Part shown: piece after piece, positions 27,172-39,196 of the stretch
Position numbering within the stretch: position 1 is the first letter of the stretch
Layout of the letters: each line of letters starts with the position of its first letter
Assembly: GCA_951406725.2 (NCBI GenBank)
Contig: OX597839.1
Span: 11,346,001 to 11,410,000, forward strand
Reading direction: 5' to 3'
Source: Octopus vulgaris
Lineage: Eukaryota
Length of the DNA stretch: 64,000 nt
The notes under the pieces: model-generated
What the model was told of the DNA's origin: nothing
The model's input: the letters and a program-made list of their open reading frames with translations, nothing else
Databases searched by the model: none
Program-made: the position numbers and the translations under genes

Positions 27172-27365
27172 ATAGGGAAAGTTTATGAAAAAAAAACAAA
27201 AGACAAAGACAGGTGGTGTACAAAACAAACAGATGTATTAGTATAACGCTCAGGAATAGAAAAAGTCTTTTACGTTTCGAGCCTATGCTCTTCTACAGAA
27301 AGGGACACAGAAAAAACAAGGAGAGAAAAAAAATGTGTGTAGTGGCTAACGATCTATCACGGCGA
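27172..27365 (-). mobile_element. (AT)n-embedded Penelope-like terminal-repeat fragment with a hammerhead-like motif (27267-27302)
   Basis: Minus strand reads cttt-CUGUAGA-a-gagc auag gcuc-GAA-ACGU-A-aaag. Confidence 0.6.
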
Positions 27366-27366
27366 T

Positions 27367-27404
<38 letters not shown>

Positions 27405-27690
27405 CAGCTGGAGCTCTCTGTCTCTTTGTCTCACATACTGTGTGTGTGTGTGTGTGTGATATTTGTTTTGAGAAGAGCTTCTCTTTCTTAGCTGAAGCAA
27501 TATGCAGGAAAATGAGGACTCGAAATAACAATGGAATGAACCGTAGCTTTGAACAGATAATTAACTAACAGTGTTACATGTATGTAGTATCTTTTTCTAC
27601 TAGTTGTACAAATGGATAGGTTTGTGTGTATGTGCTTGCGTGCACATGTGTATAAAATGTGTACATTCACATGCATATATACACAAAATA

Positions 27691-28028
27691 TGAAGGTGCA
27701 TGGATCAGTGGTTTGAGCGTTGGGCTCACAGTGATGAGGTAGAGAGTTTGATTCCTGGACTGAATTGGGCTGTATGTTGTGTCCTTGAGCAAGACACTTT
27801 ATTTCATCTTGCTCCAGTCTACTCAGCTGGCAAAAGTGAGTTGCCAAAAAGTTATTCAGAGGGCCAGCCTTATCACATTCTGTATCACACTGAATCTCCC
27901 CGACAACTATGTTATGGGTATATGTGTCTGTGGTGTACTCAGCCACTTGCACATTAATTTCATGAGCAAGCCGTTCTCTTGATGAGGACAACTGGAACCC
28001 ATATTGTCATAACCAGTGGAGAACCAGC
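27691..28028 (+). mobile_element. CORE-SINE related to family C, with a different 3' half
   Basis: tRNA-like head gaaggtgcatggatcagtgg and CORE gtccttgagcaagacactttatttcatcttgctccag. Confidence 0.75.
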
Positions 28029-28082
28029 TACATACGTGCTTGTACACATACACACATATATACACACATGCACACTAACAAG

Positions 28083-28125
<43 letters not shown>

Positions 28126-28860
28126 TCATACACACACTACATTGCAAATGTCTTAAATTTATATTAATTGGTATTATATTAATAAGTGAATTTAATGTTA
28201 AATTTGAACAAATCAGTTTCCCTGTTTGAAGAGATTGGTTAACATTTATAACAGCATTGTGAAGATGATTATGCTGATGATTGTGGTGATGATGACTGGT
28301 GTGGGAGAGCAATTAAGGCAGCAGTGACTAGTTTGTAACCTATGGCTTGTAATAGGATATGTAAGCCTACCCTAATATGTTCTCTCTGCCACCTCTTGCT
28401 CTCTTTCCCTCTCCATCCTGCTTGCTCTCCCTGTCTCTCTCTCCAAACTAGCATTCTAAAGGTACATTGACAAGCTTGACTACCTATTATAGCTGTGGGA
28501 CATATTCACTCCAAGCTCAGTCATGAAGCACAGAGCTGACCTCTGGAGCAATGTCTGTCTGTCTTTCGTGTGACCTCTGCCATCTAAAGTATTCCTTTGA
28601 AACTTAACTGCTTGTCTTTATCACCAAATATGCCATAAATCGCTGCTGTTGTTTAGAGTGTATCAGTATGTATTGGAGGTCAGGGTGTGAGTGTAGGGGG
28701 TATGTATAGGGAGGTGTACTTATAGAATTGTATTTCACCTGCTGTAAACCTTGTGAGAAAGACACAGCAGGGTTTGTTGAAATAATTACAGGTGTAGTGT
28801 CCTACTGTATGTACATACATATGCACACATACAAACATATACACACTTATACACACACAC

Positions 28861-29272
28861 GGGCGTATGGTTATGAAGTTGTCTTTTCAACCATATGGTT
28901 TTAGGTTCAGTCCTTGGGCAAGTGTCTCCTACTATAGGCCTGGTCCAGCCGCTGCTTTGTGAGTAAATTTGGTAGATGGAAAATGTGTGGAAGCCCATCC
29001 TGTATAAGTATATATATATGTGTGTGTATCTATGTACATGTGTGTATGTATGGATATGCATGTGTGTGTACATTTGTGTTTATCCTCCCCACTGTTTGGC
29101 AGCTGGTGTTGGTTTGTTTATGTCTCTAACATGGTGGTTCAGCAAAAAAACGACCAATAGAAATAAGTACTAGATTTTAAAAAATATATATTGGGATCAA
29201 TTTGTTCAATTAATCCCTTCAGGGCAGTGCCCCAGCATGGCCAAAGTCCAGGGACTCAGACAAGTAAAAGAT
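28861..29272 (+). mobile_element. Old SINE family A copy
   Basis: Diverged head, body and tail. Confidence 0.8.
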
Positions 29273-29496
29273 ACGATGAATAACACACACACACACGTAT
29301 GTATGTAGTGGCGCCTAGGTTTTGAATTTTTGTTTATTGTGGTGCATGATGAGTGCAAGGATGGTTTAGGATTGTTTTTCATACCATTTAGAAAATATAG
29401 CTTATTTCAAAGATTATTTACATTTTGCAAGATGCTTTTATTTTTGAGGACAGCATAACTGGTATCAAAATTGTCAGAGTATATGAATGGTTGCAT

Positions 29497-29708
29497 ACTC
29501 TTTTACTTGTTTCAGTCATTTGACTGTGGCTATGCTGGAGCACCGCCTTTAGTCAAGCAGATCGACCCCAGGACTTATTCTTTGTAAGCCTAGTACTTAT
29601 TATATCAGTCTCCTTTGCCTAACTGCTAAGTTACGGGGACGTAAAGACACCAGCATCGGTTGTCAAGCGATGTTTGGGGGACAAACACAGACACACAAAC
29701 GTATACAT

Positions 29709-29777
<69 letters not shown>

Positions 29778-29880
29778 CATATATACAACGGGCTTCTTTC
29801 AGTTTCTGTCTACCAAATCCACTCACAAGGCTTTAGTTGGCCCGAGGCCATAGTAGAAGACACTTGCCCAAGGTGCCATG
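29497..29880 (-). mobile_element. SINE family A, 5'-truncated
   Basis: Matches body and tail. Confidence 0.9.
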
Positions 29881-30627
29881 GTGGTCCAAAATAGCAGGAG
29901 GTGCTTGTGTTGTTAAGCCATTCCAGCTATAGCCCTCCAGATTATTATTTTTTTAAATTTTTGTATGTGAGGTTGCAACTTTGTACAGTATGTCTTTCTG
30001 TAAAACAGTAGTTTGCTATTTGAGGGAGATTTGGCTGCAGTTTCAAACAAGTCGAGCAATGGCACAGAAGTTCCTCCACTGGCTCAATTGTATATTGCAT
30101 TCACATCAAATTATTTCATCTTTAGAAAGGTATGTGAATATACTAGTATTAGTACTGATCATGTAGTAGCGTGTGAGAGTGTCCATGTAATAGTGTGTGG
30201 GTGTGTGTACATGTGAAAGATTTCCCATGTAATTTTATGTCTGTGCTCACGTGTACTTTCATCTAGCCATCAGAGCAGTAAGAATGACAGAAAGCAGAGA
30301 TGTATGTGATCCACCTGCAGACATATAGGGTGCGGTGTTATTTTCATTTCTGTGTAATTTAGACATCTCATTTTTAACCGTGATCTGATTTTTTTGTCTG
30401 ATGTCACTTTGTCCAACATTATTTCATCTACGTCTTTTGGTCCAACGTCTTCTTGTCCGATGATTTTTTTTTTGTCTAATGACTTTCTGTCCAGTTTTAG
30501 ATAAACAAGGTGAACATCATGTCTTAATTAGTTGTGAGTGAGTTAACAAGACTGACTTGGTTTATTGAAGCCAGTTTTTGGCACAGCACAGGGCCAGTAG
30601 GATGCCTGCTACACACACACCACACGC

Positions 30628-30664
<37 letters not shown>

Positions 30665-30990
30665 TCTTTGTGTGATATATATATATATATATATATATAT
30701 CACACAAACACTGATACACACATACAGTGGTTACCATACATACACAGGTTTATACCTGTAATTATTGGGGTCCCTGGGATATGTAACACATTGCCTAAAT
30801 AACAATCTTGAGAAATTAGGCTTCTCAAAACCAGAAAGGAGAAGGCTAATTCGAAAACTACAGATCCAATCCATCACTGGAACTATAAAAATTTGTAAAA
30901 CTTTCCAGAAGTTTATCACTTAAATATATATGAGCATGTCTAGATATGCAACTATATGCACGAGAATACATACATAGAACATACAAATCT

Positions 30991-31031
<41 letters not shown>

Positions 31032-31259
31032 AACAAACGTGAATACCCTGTTGTTTATGTTGAAATTCCAATGAAGGAGCCTTGGATCTAGGTTAGAAAC
31101 CGGTTCTTTCTCTATTGGCAAGAAATCTGGAAATAAACTGAATAAGTGAACACACACACACACACACACACACATGTACATACATTCTTACACATGTACT
31201 TTTGCCAGTACTCTTCATTCCTGTTCTCTTCCCTCTTCGTCTCACAAGTCTGTATATGT

Positions 31260-31308
<49 letters not shown>

Positions 31309-31509
31309 CTCGCACTCTACTACTGTTCTTGTTGCTAACAATGTAACCATGATTCATTATTTGTATACACACACACACACACACACACACACAGTGTTTC
31401 TCTTTCTCTCTCACTCTTAACTTTTATCACACATACTCACCAGGATAAATAAGCTGTCATATGCAATCATACACACGAAATATGTTTATAAATATCTGTG
31501 TGTGTGTGA

Positions 31510-31551
<42 letters not shown>

Positions 31552-32190
31552 TATGGTAGTGATGGATGATTTATGTGAGTGAAGGCAGGTGTCTTCATAT
31601 ATATATATACATATATATTATACACACACACACACACATACACACACACATAACAACACATGCCTGTCTCACACATATTTAACACATGTACATACACACA
31701 TATTTAAGACTTTGTATTTGATTTGTTTACATTGTACTTGTCTAAATTGTGCTGTGACAGTTTGATAGAGAGCAAAGTGAACAACTCCTTCACTTGTCTA
31801 GCTGCTCTATTAATACTAACTTCTACTGACATATCACTTAAAAGATCACATGTACTTTAGGGGCCATTCTGTTATTTCCCTCAGGGTTAGACATTTTTTT
31901 TTTAATTGGCATCACAGTTCTTAACTGGGGTACCCGGTTACCCTTGTCAAGTTGTACATAACACCGATCCATTGATTGATAGAGCGACCTGCATTTATCA
32001 CGTTTCAATCTAGCATTCTTTCAAACATTGACCAATGTACCCTCGCTTGGCTAACTAGACACACTTCCTGTTTGCTGTGTGATTATTTGGTTTTCTTCCT
32101 TGCCAGCGAAGAAAGACTGTGAATTCAACGCATTGCATTAGTATTGTCTTCCATTCTGAATCCTTCCTGAGCGACGTCTATCTTTTAGAA

Positions 32191-32302
32191 TCTTACTTAT
32201 TTCAATCATTAGACTGTGGCCAAGCTGGGGCACCACATTGAAGAATCTTTAGTTACATGACCCAACCCCAGTACTTAAAATTATTTTGTTAAGTCTGGTA
32301 CT

Positions 32303-32341
<39 letters not shown>

Positions 32342-33189
32342 GCCAAACCACTAAGTTACAGGGATGTAAACACACTAACACTGGTTGTCAAGTGATGAGG
32401 GGCAGGGGAAAACATACACACATATGACAGGCCTCTTTCAGTTTCCACCAACGAAATCCACTCACAAGACTTTGGTCAGCCCAAGGCTATAGTAGAAGGA
32501 CTCTTGCCTCGGGTGCCATACAGTGGGACTGAAACTGACTATGAGTTTTGGAAGCAGACCTCTTACCTCACAGCTATGCCTACACCTAACATATATTCAT
32601 CTTTGTTAATATGAATTCTCCTCGTGATTTGTAGTGTGATTGTTATTCCAAAGCCCTTCCCTGCCAGTGAAGTGTCAACCATATTTTCACATTTGTTTGC
32701 ATACACTTCTGGGCAAAAACTTTTCATGAAAGACTAACAAATGCCCAAGCATGCAAGTTTTTTTCTCTCTAGGCATAGGAGTGGCTGTGTGGTAAGTAGC
32801 TTGTTTACCAACCACATGGTTTCGGGTTCAGTCCCACTGCGTGGCACCTTGGGCAAGTGTCTTCTACTATAGCCTTGGGTCGACCAAAGCCTTGTGAGTG
32901 GATTTGGTAGACGGAAACTGAAAGAAGCTTGGCGTATATATGCATATATATATATATATGTGTGTGTGTGTTTGTGTGTCTGTGTTTGCCCCCATCCAGC
33001 ATCGCTTGACAACCGATGCTGGTGTGTTTATGTCCCCGTCACTTAGCGGTTCGGCAAAAAGAGACCGATAGAATAAATACTGGGCTTACAAAGAATAAGT
33101 CCCGGGGGTCTATTTGCTCAATTAAAGGCGGTGCTCCAGCATGGCCACAGTCAAATGACTGAAACAAATAAAAGAGTAAAGAGTAAGAG
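32191..33189. mobile_element. Oppositely oriented SINE A pair: 32191-32585 (-, old) and 32771-33189 (+, young)
   Basis: Both match family A. Confidence 0.88.
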
Positions 33190-33436
33190 TATACTTCTGA
33201 TGTTATCTAAAGGAAAGATCATTACCTTAGAACTGATACAGCTTAGTACCAGTGTTGCTGCAGATTAGATACCACATATAAGGAAATCCATTTTATAATA
33301 ACAGTGTATGAGTAAAATATGTGATAAAACGGCCTATCGATAACTTTGAGAGATTTGAACTCAGAGTACAGAGAGGTGGAACAAACACATCAACACATTC
33401 TATCTATTGACCCTACCAATCTGTCTGAAATTACTT

Positions 33437-34410
33437 TGATTCTACATACAAGGAAATCCATTTTATAATAACAGTGTATGAGTAAAATATATGATAAAAC
33501 GGCCTATCGATAAAAATACTTTCAAATACTCATTTGATGTGAGTTTGGGATCAAAAGATTCCACTGAACTTCGGATTATACATCCTAATGTGTTCACATT
33601 CAACATTTACCTATATTCTTGGAGGATTTTATAGTGATGATGGTCTGCTGATCTTCCATAACATCAACCATCAAACAAACAGATTTAGGAAAGAACTTCA
33701 CAATTTCTTTAAATAACAAAGTTTAACTATTATGGTGAGGTCTAACCTTTTAAGATTATAAGCTTCCTTGGCATCACTGTTAACCTCAACAACTCTTAGT
33801 TCCCCCTTTACTGAAAGCACTGTGAATCACTCTACTGCATACATAGACTTTTTAAACATTAACAATGCCTTTAAAAAAAAAAACTTGTATAAAAATTTTA
33901 AAAAATACAAACTTGTACATACTTTTTCAGCCTTTCCTCCTATAAATCTGCATTCATAGACACTTCAAAGTACTTGAATGATGGGTTAGTACAAAGTCAG
34001 TTCTCTGAAAAGATACAATGGTATAAAGCTAACATCTTGTGACCCCCAACATAAATAATAATAATAAAAAATAAAAATAATAAAAGGAAGCTAATTCAAT
34101 TCTACATTTGTTATCAAACCCTTTACAAAAACAACCCCCATCCCTCTTCATACAGAAGCTGCAGAATTTTTAACAACTGCTTCGAACTTAGCACTTCTTC
34201 CTCAGCCTGACTTTTACAGACTTGTAGTGCAGTTGCATCCGCTTGAATGAACCTCCTCTTGACCGTTAATGTACTCAAGTACTATAGTAAAAATGAACAT
34301 GAGGCCTAACACATCTATTGGTTTGATTTGGAATAGATTCAAATTACATTTACAATCAATGTCTTCAGACTTTTTCACCTCCAGACACGAAGCACAGACA
34401 TGAGTTTATC
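33437..34410 (+). pseudogene. Decayed Penelope-like retroelement: reverse transcriptase plus C-terminal GIY-YIG endonuclease
   Basis: Across frameshifts and stops: LILHTRKSIL..NNSV*VK; FDVSLGSKDSTEL; GLYIL..GGFYSDDGLLIF..RFRKELHNFFK*QSLTIMVRSNL; KIISFLGITVNLNN; HTFSAFPP; CSCIRLNEPPLDR*C; SIGLIWNRFKLH/YNQ. These follow PLE motifs (FDVTMGS.DGAE, GLYRDDGL, FLDVTL, SNHPP, CNC..CPL.G.C, YIG.T...FK.RY) in the correct order. Confidence 0.8.
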
Positions 34411-34459
34411 ATTTTTTGTGTGTTTTTTTTCCTTTTCTTTTCCTTTTTTTTCTCTATAT

Positions 34460-34830
34460 GTTTTACTTGTTTCAATCATTGGACTGTGGCCAAGCTGGGG
34501 CACTGCCTTGAAAGCTTTGAAATTGAATGAATCAACTCCAGTACTTATTTTTTAAGCCTGCTACTTATTCGTTTGGCCTCTTCTGCCAAAAACACTAAGT
34601 TATAGAGACATAAAAACCAACACTGGTTGTCAAGTGGCATTGGAAGAGAAATACAAACACACACACACATGGTGGGCTTCTTTCAGTTTCCATTTATTAA
34701 ATCTACTCACAAGGCTTTGTTTGACCTCAGACTATGATAGAAGACATTTGCCTGAGGTGCCATGCAGTGGAGCTGTAGTCAGAACCATGTGGTTGGGAAG
34801 CAGACTTCTTACCACATGGCCACACCTGCA
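34460..34830 (-). mobile_element. Old SINE family A copy
   Basis: Diverged match. Confidence 0.8.
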
Positions 34831-35066
34831 TTTACAGTCAATGTGGAATGTTAAACCAGATAATTCAGACCATCACATCAAATACAGAATGATGTGTTTT
34901 GTCAGATCTGATAACCACCAAGACAAGATGGCAAGATGACCTCACCCACTCCCTGGGTCCTACATGACCACAACTGGCCAGAAATGGACAGTGGTGGAAA
35001 GAGTCCATGTAGGGATTCCCTTTTCAGAAGTGATAACGTCCTGGTTGTAGGTTGAGGATAACCAGT

Positions 35067-35371
35067 GGAGGCACATGGCCTAGTGGTTAGAGCAGCGGAC
35101 TCGCAGTCAAGGGATCGCGGGTTCGAATCTCAGACCAGCCGATGTGTGTGTTTATGAGCAAAAACACCTAAGCCCCACGCGGCTCTGGCAGAAGGTAATG
35201 GTGAAACTTCTGCTGACTCTTTCGCCACAACTTTCTCTCACTCTTTCCTCCTGCATCTTGGAGCTCACCTGCGATGGACCAGCGTCCCGTCCAGGTGGTG
35301 AACCTATACGCCAAGAAACCGGGAGATCGGCCCTTATGAGCCAGGCATGGCTCGAGAAGGAACAAACAAAA
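35067..35371 (+). mobile_element. SINE family F, full length
   Basis: A box tggcctagtgg, B box ggttcgaatct, body cacctgcgatggaccagcgtcccgtccagg, (AAAC)n tail. Confidence 0.9.
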
Positions 35372-36789
35372 TTGAGAATAAACACCAATCTAATGAATGT
35401 TTCAGGCTTTGAATTTCAGAAGATTACAAAATATTTATTCTCCAATCTTTCTCTTCTTAACCACCATTCAGAGTTGGTGTCCTGTTTAAAATTTAAAATG
35501 CCCAAGTATATTAATGGGTTATTAGAACAAACAGTTGAAGATAATCAAAGAGAATGGTTCCCACTTTTCAAACAGTCTTTCATCATCATACAAATATTAT
35601 ACTCCAAACCAACATTTTTTTCTTTCAACATAGTTTTGTGCCCATTTCAATTGATCTGTCTGATTCACTGTTGAAACATGTTCCTCATTTCCTCACTCCT
35701 CCTCTTCTCTTTCCTGCCCTTTTGCTTCTCTCCGTCTTTCCCACTGTACCTTTATCTCCCACCCTATTCCTAACCCCTAACTAACAATACATATGCAGTC
35801 CTTTTTGTCAGTAGTTTCCCCCATTACGATCACGGGATTTCAGAGATGATGACACTGGAGTCATTTGTAATCCTGAACATTTTCTGCTTCAATAAATTTC
35901 TCTCTTCTCTCTCATATAAAATGCACATAAAATGAATGAACACAAGCACATATGTGTGCACGCACGCAGACACACACACACAAGCATCTGTTGTGGGCCC
36001 TGGCCCTACATGAATTCACCACATGATCATCTCGTCTTTTATTTCTTAGACTTTGTCATCCAGTGTGTTCTTTGCTTTTTTAAAGATGGATCTGAAAGTA
36101 GCAGCTCGTTTCCATGAAGTCATGAATTTGATGGAGATTAACTGCTATTTCTAGCAGATCAAGTATTGGTATTAGACACACACTGATATGTCTTAAAATT
36201 TGATCATAGGTCTGCTCATGTAGGTCTAAGACAGTAACAGTGTGATTTGAGGGAGAATGGCTGCTGTTCAGGACAAGTTAATCGTGTAGATAGTGACTCC
36301 CATCTTGTCCCATGCTGGTACCGTTACTCTGGTTTAGGTCCACAACTGTCAATTCATGCTGACGTATTACATCTAAGTTATTTCTTGTTTTAGAAGTATA
36401 AGAAATTTTTGCCATACTCTATATAAATAAGCTCTTGAAAATATGTGCTCCTGTGTAAAATTGCAACTCATCATCATCGTTTAACCTTCCATGTTAACAT
36501 GAATGGGAGGGCTTGGTCTGCCTGAGGCTATAGCAGAAGACACTTGCCCAAGGGGCCGTACTGTGGGTCTGAGCCCATATACACACACACACACGTGTGT
36601 GTCTGCATCCTTGTAACTTAGTTTGGTGAAGTTTACTGATAGAAAAAGTACCAGCCTTAAAAAAATATACTGGGGTCTATTCATTTGACTAAAAACTTTT
36701 CAAAGTGGTGCCCCAGCATGGGCGCAGGTCTAATGAGTGAAACAAGTTAAAGGTAGTAGAAAAGATATATACATATACATATGAATATA

Positions 36790-37199
36790 TCTTTTATCTT
36801 TTACTTGTTTCAGTCATTTGACTGCGGCCATGCTGGAGCACCACCTTTAGTCGATCAAATCGACCCCGGGACTTATTCTTTGTAAGCCCAGTACTTATAC
36901 TATCGGTCTCTTTTTGCCGAACCGCTAAGTGACAGGGACGTAAACACACCAGCATTGGTTGTCAAGCAATGCTAGGGGGACAAACACAGACACACAAATA
37001 CACACATACACATATATATATATATATATACTTATATACGACAGGCTTCTTTCAGTTTCTGCCTACCAAATCCACTCACAAGGCATTAGTCGACCCGGGG
37101 CTATAGCAGAAGACACTTGCCCAAGGTGCCACGCAGTGGGACTGAACCCGGAACCATGTGGTTGGTTAGCAAGCTACTTACCACACAGCCACTCCTGCA

Positions 37200-37202
<3 letters not shown>
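36790..37202 (-). mobile_element. SINE family A, full length
   Basis: Match. Confidence 0.93.
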
Positions 37203-37246
<44 letters not shown>

Positions 37247-38131
37247 ATATTTATATTCAAATATGAATGAGAAACAGCTCAAGAGATACAAACAATATCA
37301 ATCAAACACACATTATGTGCATTTGTGTTCGATATTGTTTTTATAAATAATAGGCGCAGGAGAGGCTGTGCGGTAAGAATCTTGCTCCACAACCACATAG
37401 TTCCAGGTTCAGTCTCACTGTGTAGCACCTTGGGCAAGTGTCTTCTACTATAGCCTCAGGCCGACCAAAGCTTGGTGAATGGATTTAGTTAAGAGGAACA
37501 AGCCCTCTCACACCTACCCTACAATGTCATTCTAAAAATAAGCAATCATATCACTGAAATCGTTAAGCTACAAGTTAATATGTGATTAATTCAAACTAAT
37601 GTGAATAGATAGGTATTACTTTTGACATTAATCCGAATGCTAAAGTGTCAAGTCACTTACATAGCTTTACAGCTAATAAATATCTATGTTCTACTTTATT
37701 TATTGAGTTCTATTATTTCTGTTCGTGCTACCACACACGGAGACTCATGTGTTCTTGTATGTGTGTGTGTGTCTGTGTGTGTGTGTGTGAAGATGTACTG
37801 TAGCAATTCCAGATCTGCAGGGCTATAACTCAGCCACAAAAGTGTCCATTCAACTAACAACCATGAGTAAGCTCAATAGCTAAATCCTATCCTTCTGTCT
37901 CTTAAAAAGTGGAGGAGCACATTAGGATAATGTAGTCCTAGATACACTTAAGTCACTGAACAAAAGATGATATAGTCACACTGGAATGCATTTGATGATA
38001 GATCATACACTGGATAGGAGCTGACCTGAGGCTAAATAACAACTTCATCATCATCATCATCATCGTCGTTTAACGTCCGTTTTCCATGCTAGCATGGGTG
38101 GGACTGTATATGTATCTTAAATGAACTGAGT

Positions 38132-38323
38132 AGGTGTAGGAGTGGCTGTGTGGTAAGTAGCTTGCTTACCAACCACATGGTTCCGGGTTCAGTCCCACTC
38201 TGTGGCACCTTGGGCAAGTGTCGTCTACTATAGCTTTGGGCTGACCAAAGCCTTGTGAGTGGATTTGGTAGACGGAAAATGAAAGAAGCCCATCATATAT
38301 ATATATATATATATAATATATGT

Positions 38324-38365
<42 letters not shown>

Positions 38366-38565
38366 ATATATATGTTTGTGTTTCTGCGTTTGTCCCCCCC
38401 CCAACATCGCTTGACAACCGATGCTGGTGTGTTTACATCCCTGTCACTTAGTGGTTCGGCAAGAGACACCGATAGAATAAGTACTAGGCTTACAAAGAAT
38501 AAGTCCTCGACTGAAGGCGGTGCTCCAGCATGGCCACAGTCAAATGACTGAAACAAATTAAAAAA
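38132..38565 (+). mobile_element. SINE family A with an internal deletion near the tail
   Basis: Match. Confidence 0.9.
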
Positions 38566-38987
38566 AAAAGAATAAGTAGACCTATGATTGAAGGCACTCC
38601 CATCATGACTATCCCAACTTTTAAAGACAGTAACAGTGTGATTTGAGGGAGAATGGCTGCTGTTCAAGACAAGTTAATCCTGTAGATAGTGACTCCCATC
38701 TTGTCCCATGCTGGTACTGTTACTCTGGTTTAGTCCCAGGTCAGCCCTGCATGAGCAAACCTATGATCAAAGGCATTCCAACCCATGACCATCTCATCAT
38801 TTATTTCTTAGACTTTGTCATCCAATGTGCTCTTTGCTTTTTTAAAGATGGGTCTACTAGTCTGCTAGAAGTAGCAGCTCGTTTCCATGAAGTCAAAAAT
38901 TTGATGGAGATTAGCTGCTATTTCTAGCATTGGTATTGGTATTAGGCACACCACTGATATGTCTTACAATTCTATTGCTATAACACA

Positions 38988-39024
<37 letters not shown>

Positions 39025-39146
39025 GACACACACACACACTCTCATCATAGTCATACAATGCACACAATCTCCTCCACGTCATACATGCACACACCCAACC
39101 ATACTAATTTGCATATAAAAACATACACGACCACAAATACATGCAG

Positions 39147-39196
<50 letters not shown>

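Noticed and set aside
35067-35140. tRNA-like sequences with A/B boxes (also the heads of families A and C)
   Set aside because: They continue into SINE bodies and lack a proper acceptor stem and terminator, so they are not tRNA genes
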